Assembly: GCF_050920415.1 (NCBI RefSeq) | Contig: NZ_CP169309.1 | Origin: Escherichia coli | GTDB taxonomy: Bacteria > Pseudomonadota > Gammaproteobacteria > Enterobacterales > Enterobacteriaceae | Length of the DNA stretch: 64,000 bases | Strand: one strand, 5' to 3' | Part shown: positions 54,568 through 62,299 of the stretch, in pieces | Layout: every line of letters begins with the position of its first letter | Numbering within the stretch: position 1 is the stretch's first letter | The notes under the pieces: generated by a model | Seen by the model: the letters and a program-made list of their open reading frames with translations, nothing else | The model's database searches: none | Told to the model about the DNA's origin: nothing | Position numbers and translations under genes: made by a program

Positions 54568-55060
54568 TTGGATCATACCTCTTATCGCGAATAGCTTCTG
54601 ATCTATCAAACTTCACATTAAGCCGATTAGTGGCCTCACCGTTAAACATCACAGTATGGATTGTTTTTCCTGGAATAAGCGACGGATCCGGCCCTGATAA
54701 ATCATCGTAAAGTTTTATCCCTCCGCCAATTGGGAGATCAAAAACAGCTTGTTTCTTCCTTTGTTCTTCCTCACGCTCCGTTAATATTTGTTCAGCTTTT
54801 AGTGCGCTGTAGCTAATCAAATCGATTAACGTATCAGTAGGGTCGCTTCCATTGCTTAAAATGGCCTCTAATCGCGCTTCCTTAAGGCAAATCATTAGAT
54901 CCCATACATCAAGCGGGGTTAAATCTGCTCCCTTCTTAGCGTTGTAAATAGCGGCTATTTTTGGCGCTGATTTTTCCTCTTTTTTGTCGTAGCCGTTTTG
55001 TTTGCCTCTTTGCTCTATTGTTTCCGCTGCAAGTCTTAACAAGTCTGTTGCCTTAGTCAT
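54548..55060 (-). CDS. Hypothetical protein with DUF6378-like N-terminal domain
   Basis: Track ORF 54548..55078; start at MTKATDLL with AAGAGGTG SD; RGKQNGYDKKEEKSAPKIAAIYNAKKGADLTPLDVWDLMICLKEARL pattern. Confidence 0.45.
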   Translation of the reverse strand: MTKATDLLRLAAETIEQRGKQNGYDKKEEKSAPKIAAIYNAKKGADLTPLDVWDLMICLKEARLEAILSNGSDPTDTLIDLISYSALKAEQILTEREEEQRKKQAVFDLPIGGGIKLYDDLSGPDPSLIPGKTIHTVMFNGEATNRLNVKFDRSEAIRDKRYDPNGKGDN

Positions 55061-55592
55061 TATTCGCACCTCTTGCATATAGCTCTTTACGTGTTATCTG
55101 CGTGAAAATACATTCATGTCTGCACCGTGGATGCCAGATTAAAAACAAGCTCCCCTTATTATTCCCGCTCGCTGGCTTACCAGTAGCGGCATTAATAAAC
55201 GCCAGCCGCCCGCGCGTAATTAATCGGCATTCGTTTGCCGTCTCCACGCCGTTCATAAACCAGCCAACAGAAATGTCGGCTGGCAATAACATTACGCATC
55301 CGATATGGTTTCGGTTGTGTTCAAGCGCCGCTTTATCAACGAATGGCCCCGGATTAGAATATGGTGGATTAAGCCAGACATACTCACCAGGCATTGCCAC
55401 CGCTCCCCACGGATAATGCAACGTGTCCATTTCTTCGGTTATATATCGCGGAACTAATGCGTTTGCTTTGTTTGCCGCCACGTCCGCGACGAATTCGAAT
55501 TCCCGATCCATTCCTCTAAAAACTGGTTTTGGCGTTTGCCATAAGTCTTTTATTTCTTTCGGCGTATGGCTGCCGCCGTAATCATTTTTCAT
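55053..55592 (-). CDS. Phage Dam-type N6-adenine DNA methyltransferase
   Basis: 179 aa; WQTP and NPPYS motifs. Confidence 0.78.
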   Translation of the reverse strand: MKNDYGGSHTPKEIKDLWQTPKPVFRGMDREFEFVADVAANKANALVPRYITEEMDTLHYPWGAVAMPGEYVWLNPPYSNPGPFVDKAALEHNRNHIGCVMLLPADISVGWFMNGVETANECRLITRGRLAFINAATGKPASGNNKGSLFLIWHPRCRHECIFTQITRKELYARGANND

Positions 55593-55601
55593 TACGCCCC
55601 C

Positions 55602-55835
55602 TTAGAAATAATCCTGATCTGTTCCCCAGCGGTTATTCAGATACCCCACCAACCACACAAAACGCTCAATACTGATTAGCGGGGCGACCTTGCGATAATG
55701 CTTGTCGAGTATCAGCCGCGTGGCTTTATCGCTGTAGCCGTTCTTTTCTACCTCCGCTTTGCAGGCCGAAAGCGCGGCGCGTGCGGCAGTCTTTACGGCG
55801 TTAAATTGCGGCTCAGACATATTAAATAAAGCCAT
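55602..55835 (-). CDS. Hypothetical protein (77 aa)
   Basis: Track ORF 55602..55886; start at MALFNMSEPQ with GGTGA SD. Confidence 0.45.
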   Translation of the reverse strand: MALFNMSEPQFNAVKTAARAALSACKAEVEKNGYSDKATRLILDKHYRKVAPLISIERFVWLVGYLNNRWGTDQDYF

Positions 55836-55839
55836 AGGA

Positions 55840-56076
55840 TCACCATGTATCATCCCAATCCGGCGCGGCAGTCCAGCAAAAACCAATGAATGCGCTCACA
55901 GCCAATAAAGCGCGGGCTGCAAAAAGAATATTCCCAATGTCGTTAAATTCAGGCAGCGACCACGTAATAAACATAGCCCCAAGCATGACAACACCGATAA
56001 CAGTCAGGGCCGCAAGGAAAACAAAAAGCGTAGCCAAAAGCCACGCCCCCAACCAGTTAAAAAAGCTCTTAAGCAT
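55840..56076 (-). CDS. Small polytopic membrane protein (78 aa)
   Basis: Track ORF 55840..56091; start at MLKSFFNWLG with GAGGA SD. Confidence 0.5.
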   Translation of the reverse strand: MLKSFFNWLGAWLLATLFVFLAALTVIGVVMLGAMFITWSLPEFNDIGNILFAARALLAVSAFIGFCWTAAPDWDDTW

Positions 56077-56077
56077 T

Positions 56078-56281
56078 TTAAACGTCCTCAATTACCCCGC
56101 CTTTCACGCGTTCTTTAATATCCCATACGTGAGGCTTGCATATTTCTTGATAATAGCGATCCGGCCTGCTGCCGAAATACCATTTACCATCCATATAAAA
56201 ATAAACGCCAGAAAAATTACCAGGTGCGGCCTTTGTTGCTGATTCTGGAATTTTCCATTCTCTGTAATTTTTAAATCGCAT
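56078..56281 (-). CDS. Hypothetical protein (67 aa), paralogue of 56271..56465
   Basis: Track ORF; shared G-x-FSG-x-Y-x-Y segment. Confidence 0.5.
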   Translation of the reverse strand: MRFKNYREWKIPESATKAAPGNFSGVYFYMDGKWYFGSRPDRYYQEICKPHVWDIKERVKGGVIEDV

Positions 56282-56465
56282 GTAATGACACCTCCCTGAT
56301 AAGTTTGCTTAACTCAATGTTTATTAATCTGCGGAAATGTTGCTTTCCATCAGCAAAGTGCACCAAGTAAATATCACCAACAATGTTATAGTAGTAACAG
56401 CCGCTAAAACCAATTCCTGCCAATTTAGCGTTATCAGGCAACGTATAACCGCCAACATTTTTCAT
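56271..56465 (-). CDS. Hypothetical protein (64 aa)
   Basis: Track ORF; AGGTGA SD. Confidence 0.5.
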   Translation of the reverse strand: MKNVGGYTLPDNAKLAGIGFSGCYYYNIVGDIYLVHFADGKQHFRRLINIELSKLIREVSLHAI

Positions 56466-56468
56466 ATA

Positions 56469-56561
56469 TCACCTCATATGGTATTCAATAAACCACCTGA
56501 TAAACAGGCATAAGGCAATAAAACCCCAGCAACAGCACATATAAAACAATGTGTCGTCCAT
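56469..56561 (-). CDS. 30-aa Cys-rich single-TM peptide
   Basis: My translation: MDDTLFYMCCCWGFIALCLFIRWFIEYHMR; starts 3 nt after the upstream stop. Confidence 0.4.
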   Translation of the reverse strand: MDDTLFYMCCCWGFIALCLFIRWFIEYHMR

Positions 56562-56563
56562 AA

Positions 56564-56782
56564 TTAAGCCTCAATAACACCGTAATCAAACGTGCCTAAA
56601 TACCGTTCGATACTTACAACCTCAATACCATCAATGCACCGTTTCCACACAGACACCTGGCTTTCATTTTCTCTGAAGTGCATATTAGAAAGCACTTCAT
56701 CGGCTGGATAGCCTTTCCCAGCGGCGTAGGCATCGTGACCTACGCCACCTTCTACGCAATAAAGCATGAATTCGCGTTCCAT
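56564..56782 (-). CDS. Hypothetical protein (72 aa)
   Basis: Track ORF; GGAGGAAG SD. Confidence 0.5.
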   Translation of the reverse strand: MEREFMLYCVEGGVGHDAYAAGKGYPADEVLSNMHFRENESQVSVWKRCIDGIEVVSIERYLGTFDYGVIEA

Positions 56783-56881
56783 TTTTGCTTCCTCCGCACC
56801 GTAAACCTTTTGATTTCGGATTACAAAACGGATATGCGATTACAATACATAATGTATATTCATGTGATCGGAATCACTCGG

Positions 56882-57501
56882 TTAATGCAGTACACGTTTT
56901 CCCTGTTCAGGCATCGGCTGTGCGTTTTTCCTTGCATCGTTAAGCGTAGCGATAGCTGCCTGTACTCCCAAAACACTAGCGCGCATATCATCGCCAACAA
57001 AATTACCGTAAAGCACAGGAATAAAAGCCTTAATGTTATCTTCTTCGTGTCCTTCCTCAATAAATTTCTGCAACATCTTAACTTCAAATATTTTTTCATC
57101 ATTCCGCGAATAGAATACAAAGAAGCGCTACCCATTCTGTTTTCATCAATAGGGAAGATAACAGCACTACCAAAAGCCATAGGATCAACATCTTCAGGCA
57201 CTGGAACGCGTCCGAATTCTTCCTCCATGCGTTTTACAAAAGAAAGGCAGAATACATAACGCGCCACCGTTGTTTTTTCTTCCAGGCTTAAAGACACGTA
57301 ATCGCGGATTGACGCATCCATCATAATATCAACAATATGTAGCGCCAGGTTTAAATCACCGTCATACACGCCAGCATCCATATCTTTTAATACTTCGTGA
57401 TAATCCTTAGTTACCACTTCGTGAAAGCTCGCGTCTTCTGTGTAGCGAGTGATTAACATGCCTTCGCTGCCGAGTGAATAAGCTGTTTTGATGTTGTTCA
57501 T
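56882..57501 (-). pseudogene. Roughly 206-aa hypothetical gene split over two frames at an A6 run (frameshift, or slippage-dependent expression)
   Basis: Track ORFs 56860..57501 and 56882..57076 overlap in different frames; protein-like sequence switches frame at ATGAAAAAATAT (plus-strand T6 at 57091..57096). Confidence 0.5.
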
Positions 57502-57514
57502 GATATTTATCCTT

Positions 57515-57847
57515 TTATAGTGGGTGATGCCATTTCATTTCTGTTTCTGAATTAAACGGGTTTCCTTCGCTTGAAAGGAATAAATCACGCTCCCGTTTCA
57601 GTTCTTCCGGGCTTATTTCTATTTCATCAATCTGACCGAACGATCCCGGCATCATTCTTTTTAAATCAGATAGCGGACGCATAAGGCCGCAACCGCGTAA
57701 CAGCATATCGACCGCGAATTGTCTACGTCCGGCGGCGTCATTAAAGCGCCGTGCCCAGGGCACAACCACGATCCGGCGTTCGAATTCGATAAATAGTGAT
57801 AGCTTGTTTGTTTCGCTATCATATGCTTTATGGAATTTAATTTTCAT
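57515..57847 (-). CDS. Hypothetical protein (110 aa)
   Basis: Track ORF; operon packing. Confidence 0.5.
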   Translation of the reverse strand: MKIKFHKAYDSETNKLSLFIEFERRIVVVPWARRFNDAAGRRQFAVDMLLRGCGLMRPLSDLKRMMPGSFGQIDEIEISPEELKRERDLFLSSEGNPFNSETEMKWHHPL

Positions 57848-58028
57848 TTAACACCTCGACGTATTGCTCAAGATGCCATTTACCAACTTCATCCATGTTT
57901 TCGTCGTATATAATGACCTCTCCGCCTTGCCTGAATCTGAAAGCAGTAGCTGTAAATTCACGGCCCCACCACGCCTTTAAGCGCTCCCCGCCTTTCAGGT
58001 GTTTAACCTTTACTTCTTTTATAGCCAT
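57837..58028 (-). CDS. Hypothetical protein (63 aa)
   Basis: Track ORF; operon packing. Confidence 0.5.
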   Translation of the reverse strand: MAIKEVKVKHLKGGERLKAWWGREFTATAFRFRQGGEVIIYDENMDEVGKWHLEQYVEVLNEN

Positions 58029-58291
58029 ACGCCAAACATCCCATTCAGTCCGGCGAACAATTTCCGCCAGTGGTTTTCAGCATAAGCCCGGAACGGCTTA
58101 ACGCGAACATTGCGGGCCTTCAGTTCAATCTTGTCGAAGAAACGCGGCTCTATAATTGTTCCGTCCAGATATTTAACCAGGATCGGGCGCTCAAGATCGT
58201 TATAAGTCTTGTTCAGCACGACCAGGCCAGGGTCGCTACGATATTCTGGCAAAATAACAAGATCGCCCTCTTTTGCATTCCAAGTAACCAT
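58019..58291 (-). CDS. Hypothetical protein (90 aa)
   Basis: Track ORF 58019..58294, trimmed to the ATG; GGGGGTGA SD. Confidence 0.5.
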   Translation of the reverse strand: MVTWNAKEGDLVILPEYRSDPGLVVLNKTYNDLERPILVKYLDGTIIEPRFFDKIELKARNVRVKPFRAYAENHWRKLFAGLNGMFGVWL

Positions 58292-58410
58292 CACATCACC
58301 CCCTTACCAATAAAAGCCAATACCGCAGCAAGTGCTCCACAAAATACAACCGTAAACAGGAAACAAATAACGCAAAACGCGACATTCACAATGTCCTTAC
58401 CGACTTTCAT
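58291..58410 (-). CDS. 39-aa single-TM peptide
   Basis: My translation: MKVGKDIVNVAFCVICFLFTVVFCGALAAVLAFIGKGVM; GAGG SD; TGATG overlap with the next gene. Confidence 0.45.
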   Translation of the reverse strand: MKVGKDIVNVAFCVICFLFTVVFCGALAAVLAFIGKGVM

Positions 58411-58418
58411 GATTAACC

Positions 58419-58532
58419 TCACATATTAGTAATCAGTTTTATGATCGCTACCGTGATATAAAGAGAAGCAGCAAGATAAGCAACAGCTATTGCAACTCCA
58501 GCGGATAACGCTGCTATTTTGATTATGTTCAT
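58419..58532 (-). CDS. 37-aa single-TM peptide
   Basis: My translation: MNIIKIAALSAGVAIAVAYLAASLYITVAIIKLITNM; ATGA overlap with the upstream stop. Confidence 0.45.
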   Translation of the reverse strand: MNIIKIAALSAGVAIAVAYLAASLYITVAIIKLITNM

Positions 58533-58780
58533 TTTTCAGCCTCCGCAATAAATCTATCCAACCATTTATTATTCGCCAGGCGTTCGGCATCTTCGCCAAA
58601 TGATTTACGATCGCTTAATTCCTGTCGAGTAGGGAAAGGCCATTTATCAACCCAGCCCGCAGACGTTTCGAATTCATAGTTGCCGCCGCCGAAATCAACA
58701 AATACATCACTATCATCAAGGCTTTCAGCAGTTCTCTGAAAACCTCTACCGTTATTTTCGCTTAATGTTGTAGCTGTCAT
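58529..58780 (-). CDS. Hypothetical protein (83 aa)
   Basis: Track ORF 58529..59008; start at MTATTLSENN with GAGGTG SD; the longer version overlaps the neighbour. Confidence 0.45.
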   Translation of the reverse strand: MTATTLSENNGRGFQRTAESLDDSDVFVDFGGGNYEFETSAGWVDKWPFPTRQELSDRKSFGEDAERLANNKWLDRFIAEAEK

Positions 58781-58793
58781 GATTAACACCTCA

Positions 58794-59072
58794 TTAATCG
58801 TTAATAACCTGGCCCATACGCCCGCGATATTTGCGCATACGTGGATCGACATATTCAGGCCAATGCATATCCGGTTTTCTTTGCAGTGGGTAAAAACTTG
58901 CCTGCCAGTTGTCGAACCATATTTGCTTTGCGTACAGGTCACTAAATCTTTTTGCCATCCGATCCGCTGCCGTGCCGCATAAAAAAAGCCCGCGATCGAT
59001 TTGATCACGGGCTTCTTTTAATACTTGCTCTTTTGTTCGTGGTTGCGGTGGCGGTTTTAGATAATCACTCAT
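58794..59072 (-). CDS. Hypothetical protein (92 aa)
   Basis: Track ORF 58794..59204; start at MSDYLKPPP, downstream of the ssb stop. Confidence 0.45.
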   Translation of the reverse strand: MSDYLKPPPQPRTKEQVLKEARDQIDRGLFLCGTAADRMAKRFSDLYAKQIWFDNWQASFYPLQRKPDMHWPEYVDPRMRKYRGRMGQVIND

Positions 59073-59088
59073 CGCTAACGCATTGATT

Positions 59089-59508
59089 CTAAAAAGGAAT
59101 ATCGTCGTCGAAGTCCATCGGAGGCGGATTATTCCCGTTATTATTCTGCTGCTGCGGCGGCGCTTTCTGCTGCTGTCCTTGCTGCTGGCCTTGTTGGTTA
59201 ACATTCATGAATTCAAATTCGTTAACCGCCACTTCTACCGCAGTCCCCTTCGTGCCGTCGTTCCGGTCATATTGCCGAACATCCAGGCGACCGCTTACCA
59301 CTATTTTTCCACCCTTGCGGATATGTGGCGCTAATTTTTCCGCACGCTCGCCAAATACCAGACAAGTGATCCACATTACCCGCTTATTATCACCGTAGCC
59401 ATTCGTTACAGCTAACGGGAAGCTACCGATCGCTTTACCGCTTTGCGTGTAGCGGACTTCCATGTCATTTCCGATATTCCCGCCCAGCGTAATTGAATTT
59501 AAGCTCAT
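59089..59508 (-). CDS. ssb: Single-stranded DNA-binding protein
   Basis: 139 aa; OB-fold N-terminus; Gln/Pro-rich linker; C-terminal DFDDDIPF tip. Confidence 0.92.
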   Translation of the reverse strand: MSLNSITLGGNIGNDMEVRYTQSGKAIGSFPLAVTNGYGDNKRVMWITCLVFGERAEKLAPHIRKGGKIVVSGRLDVRQYDRNDGTKGTAVEVAVNEFEFMNVNQQGQQQGQQQKAPPQQQNNNGNNPPPMDFDDDIPF

Positions 59509-60149
59509 TAACCCATCTCCCCGTTAAGCTCTGATTTTCTGATCTGGTATACGTCGCTCGCTTTCTGTCGTTGCTCTGAGTTTTCAGGTAATAACTTCCA
59601 GCATTTAGCAAAAATATCTTTAAGTGCTTTTTCGTCCTGCGCTTTCGCTGCCGCATCACAGAAACGTGCTAATACTTCATCAGGATTTGGCGGCGCTTTC
59701 TGCTGCTGCGGTTGTTGTTTTGGTGGGTTTTTCTGTTGTCGCGGCTGCTGGCCTGTCTGCTTCGCGTAAGCATCAGTATCAGGATCGCGAGCATCATCTA
59801 TACAGAATAAACCGTTCAAAGCATATTTCCGCGCGTAACTTGATGTTGCTCCTGTTAGCTGGCTGGCGTCCATACCCTTCTTGCTTTCTTCCTCCCTGGC
59901 ATAAGCAGTTACCGCTATTACGTCTTCACCGTCGCTTAGCGTCGCCGTAGCTTTCACATAATAGCGATTGCCGATCAGGACAATTTCATCACTAACAGTC
60001 AGCGTGATATTTTGAAGCAGTGGTTTAACCGCCTCTAAAATATCCTCCGCCGACCTGTAATTATACCCGCCAAAATTATTACGCTGATTTTTCGGCGCGT
60101 TCAGCGTTTGCTGAATCGTCCATAGTTTTTTATGTAACTCTGTTTTCAC
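59508..60149 (-). CDS. erf: ERF-family single-strand annealing recombinase
   Basis: 213 aa (GTG start); NFGGYNYRSAEDILEAVKPLL and ATSYARKYALNGLFCIDD resemble P22 Erf. Confidence 0.8.
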   Translation of the reverse strand: MKTELHKKLWTIQQTLNAPKNQRNNFGGYNYRSAEDILEAVKPLLQNITLTVSDEIVLIGNRYYVKATATLSDGEDVIAVTAYAREEESKKGMDASQLTGATSSYARKYALNGLFCIDDARDPDTDAYAKQTGQQPRQQKNPPKQQPQQQKAPPNPDEVLARFCDAAAKAQDEKALKDIFAKCWKLLPENSEQRQKASDVYQIRKSELNGEMG

Positions 60150-60268
60150 CCTTTAATCTCCTTCGCTGTTAACACTACGTATAAGGCTTTATTCGCGGCG
60201 CTCCACATTTCGGCATCGTGAAGCATTTCCGCTACCGCCAGTTTGAATTGAAGCGCCCGAATAACCAT
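60146..60268 (-). CDS. Hypothetical 40-aa protein
   Basis: My translation: MVIRALQFKLAVAEMLHDAEMWSAANKALYVVLTAKEIKG; GGAGGTG SD; GTGA overlap with the erf start. Confidence 0.4.
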   Translation of the reverse strand: MVIRALQFKLAVAEMLHDAEMWSAANKALYVVLTAKEIKG

Positions 60269-60298
60269 AATGTCACCTCCGGATGTTTACATTTTGTA

Positions 60299-60589
60299 TT
60301 AATGGTAGCGGACTTTATCCAGGGGTTTTTCCCCTAAATGGCGTGGTTGCGTTGCGTGGTAGTAGCTGCCGCTTTCATTTTCCGTATACCATTTTACTGG
60401 TCCTTTGCGACGTTCTTTAATGCTATTTGGTTTGCATCTTTCCTCGTTTGCAAATCGAATAGCTTTATCCACATTGTCTGTTTTATTGATTGCAGGTGAT
60501 GATTTTCTTTCGTTTTCTCTTTTTATCCTTCTGCGTTCCCTGGCATTCAGTTTACTGTCACATTTGCCATACATAATTGTAACGCTCAT
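60299..60589 (-). CDS. Arg-rich 96-aa protein, N-like antiterminator candidate
   Basis: First gene after the PL-like promoter and nutL; NARERRRIKRENERK arginine-rich motif near the N-terminus; GGAG SD. Confidence 0.45.
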   Translation of the reverse strand: MSVTIMYGKCDSKLNARERRRIKRENERKSSPAINKTDNVDKAIRFANEERCKPNSIKERRKGPVKWYTENESGSYYHATQPRHLGEKPLDKVRYH

Positions 60590-60644
60590 AATCTGATCTC
60601 CGTATATCCTTGATGAAACTTAATAAAAATCATCTTCGTTAATT

Positions 60645-60682
60645 GCCGCACTTCCAGCGGCTGACCAGATTGTTAATGAGCG
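60645..60682 (-). promoter_or_regulatory. nutL-like site (boxA plus boxB hairpin)
   Basis: Minus strand CGCTCATTAACAATCTGGTCAGCCGCTGGAAGTGCGGC; boxA resembles TGCTCTTTAACAA; 5-bp GCCGC/GCGGC stem; shares GCTCnTTAAnAATCTGGT with the plus-strand site at 61901. Confidence 0.6.
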
Positions 60683-60936
60683 GCTTAACATCTTTCAACT
60701 AATCCCGCAATCATCGCCGTTCCCGGCGTGACCTTGCTCACTCCAAGCAAGCTGACTCGTCGCCTTGCGTGCGGTTTCGTGGGGGATGTAACGCTTTAAA
60801 CACCCCATGCGCCTTGTTATCAGTGCCGCTTTCGGTCCCCCATCGGGGAGTTACTCCACGGTTGACAAGGTGTTAAGCCTGATTTTTAAAGTGCCAGGAA
60901 GTTGCTTTTGTTACCTGCGCCCTTCCTTTGACTCGC

Positions 60937-60965
60937 AATATACGCCCCGTAAAACACCGAGTCAA
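60937..60965 (-). promoter_or_regulatory. PL-like sigma70 promoter
   Basis: Minus strand TTGACT, 17 nt spacer, TATATT; two copies of the 14-bp element immediately upstream (60967..60980, 60989..61002). Confidence 0.65.
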
Positions 60966-61060
60966 TCCATTTTGTATACTTTTTTAAAACATTTTGTATG
61001 CTATTGATATTTAAGCAATAAATAACGCTTCCTGTTTACGTTTTGGTGTTTTCCGGGCAA

Positions 61061-61082
61061 AGAAAAGCCGCCATCCGGCGGC
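61061..61082 (-). terminator. Rho-independent terminator after the repressor gene
   Basis: Minus strand GCCGCCggatGGCGGC followed by TTTTCTTTG. Confidence 0.75.
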
Positions 61083-61088
61083 TAATGT

Positions 61089-61736
61089 TTATGGCAGGTT
61101 TACGATCTTCGCATCAACCACCACACCTATGATTTTTGATTCTGGATTCATAGGGATTGGCGGATACAGAGGGTTGAGCGAACGTAAAAGCCTTTGACCT
61201 CCATCAATAATCAACTGTTTAAACGTCGGTATCTGCCCTTCCTCAAGCTGGGCTATAACCAGTTTGCCGTCAATAGCTGGCGCGTGCGGATCGACAAGTA
61301 TCATCGTCCCCGCTGGTATACTCAATCCTTGCGGCGCGTTCATTGATTCGCCTTTAGCTACCAGCCAATAACTATCATCTGAACAAATAACGCTAGTCGT
61401 AACGTGTGGTAATGTTGATCGCCTTGTATCATCCATATTGTTTACTGTGTCCTTCCAGTCAACAACCGGGTAACTGCCTAAATCACGCTGCGGCGCTCCC
61501 GGTAACGTGTTAGAAACAGAATCATCAATGACCATTCCATCATGTGTAACAGTGAATTGCCGACGACCAAGCGCCCGCATAATCCGCGCAATATCTTCAA
61601 GATTTGGCTCGCGGCGACCGTTAAGCCAGTGTGACAGGCCGCCTTTAGTTATCCCCATGAGATCCGCGAGTGAATCCTGGCTCATGCCTTGCGCTCGCAT
61701 GAGCTGCTTTGCTAAGTCATACCATTTTGTTTTCAT
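61089..61736 (-). CDS. CI-like repressor (XRE HTH plus S24 LexA-type autopeptidase domain)
   Basis: 215 aa; QDSLADLMGITKGGLSHWLNGRREP HTH; C-terminal GESM ... K pattern of S24 peptidases. Confidence 0.85.
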   Translation of the reverse strand: MKTKWYDLAKQLMRAQGMSQDSLADLMGITKGGLSHWLNGRREPNLEDIARIMRALGRRQFTVTHDGMVIDDSVSNTLPGAPQRDLGSYPVVDWKDTVNNMDDTRRSTLPHVTTSVICSDDSYWLVAKGESMNAPQGLSIPAGTMILVDPHAPAIDGKLVIAQLEEGQIPTFKQLIIDGGQRLLRSLNPLYPPIPMNPESKIIGVVVDAKIVNLP

Positions 61737-61795
61737 GTCGCTACCCTATAACCTCAAAAAGTTTGATACAAGTCACAAAATGTATTTTTCAAGTC

Positions 61796-61823
61796 TTGAC
61801 CTAAAAACGCCATTCTGTAAACT
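61796..61823 (+). promoter_or_regulatory. PR-like promoter
   Basis: TTGACC, 16 nt spacer, TAAACT; the -10 lies inside the element copy CCATTCTGTAAACT. Confidence 0.55.
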
Positions 61824-61900
61824 TGCAGACAAGGTAGGGCCATAGTTGCAAAGACGCAAGAAAAAAGATAACGGAATAGCACAAAAAGGCGCATACCTTA

Positions 61901-61934
61901 TGCTCTTTAATAATCTGGTGTCGCTGCGAAGCGA
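61901..61934 (+). promoter_or_regulatory. nutR-like site (boxA plus boxB hairpin)
   Basis: TGCTCTTTAATAA (12/13 to rrn boxA TGCTCTTTAACAA), 7 nt, then TCGCTgcgaAGCGA hairpin with a GNRA loop. Confidence 0.65.
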
Positions 61935-62041
61935 AAAACAAATATCACGCAACGGCGGGATCTGTTAAGCGGTCAATCACTGCTACCTAATACTAATGGG
62001 ATACCCGCCCGCGCGTTCACTCTAACATAGGAGAAAACACA

Positions 62042-62296
62042 ATGAGTATGCACATGATGAATGAAGTATGGAAATTAAAACTTAACAGCCCTATTCAAAA
62101 ACTTGTCTTAATGGCGATGGCTGAAAAGGCAGATAACAAAGGACGGGTACATGTATCACGCAAAGAAGTAGCCGCAATGTGTGAACTTCCTGTTTATACG
62201 GTACATGATGCCTTCGCCGCGTTAATGGATAAAGGATTTGTTTGTCGTCTTGATGCATTCAGTGATGTCTATGTAGTGATGTTGCCGGAGGAATGA
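62042..62296 (+). CDS. Small winged-helix/HTH DNA-binding protein (84 aa)
   Basis: Track ORF; GGAGAA SD; first plus-strand gene after nutR; SRKEVAAMCELPVYTVHDAFAALMDKGF. Confidence 0.5.
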   Translation: MSMHMMNEVWKLKLNSPIQKLVLMAMAEKADNKGRVHVSRKEVAAMCELPVYTVHDAFAALMDKGFVCRLDAFSDVYVVMLPEE

Positions 62297-62299
62297 TCC

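Noticed and set aside
53309-55592. Calling the cluster a 7-deazaguanine (Dpd/queuosine-type) DNA hypermodification system
   Set aside because: Only a weak YhhQ-like resemblance supports it. No DpdA/TGT, QueC, QueD, QueE or FolE homologue is visible in the window.
60807-61007. Plus-strand 66-aa ORF in the repressor-to-N-like intergenic region
   Set aside because: It overlaps the PL-like promoter and its structured leader, has no SD, and has poor composition.
61846-61971. TTG-initiated 41-codon ORF after the PR-like promoter as a degenerate Cro (NNLVSLRSEKQISRNG looks like the start of an XRE HTH)
   Set aside because: It needs a TTG start, and no helix-turn-helix is completed before the stop. 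The sequence is better explained as the nutR boxA/boxB RNA element it overlaps.
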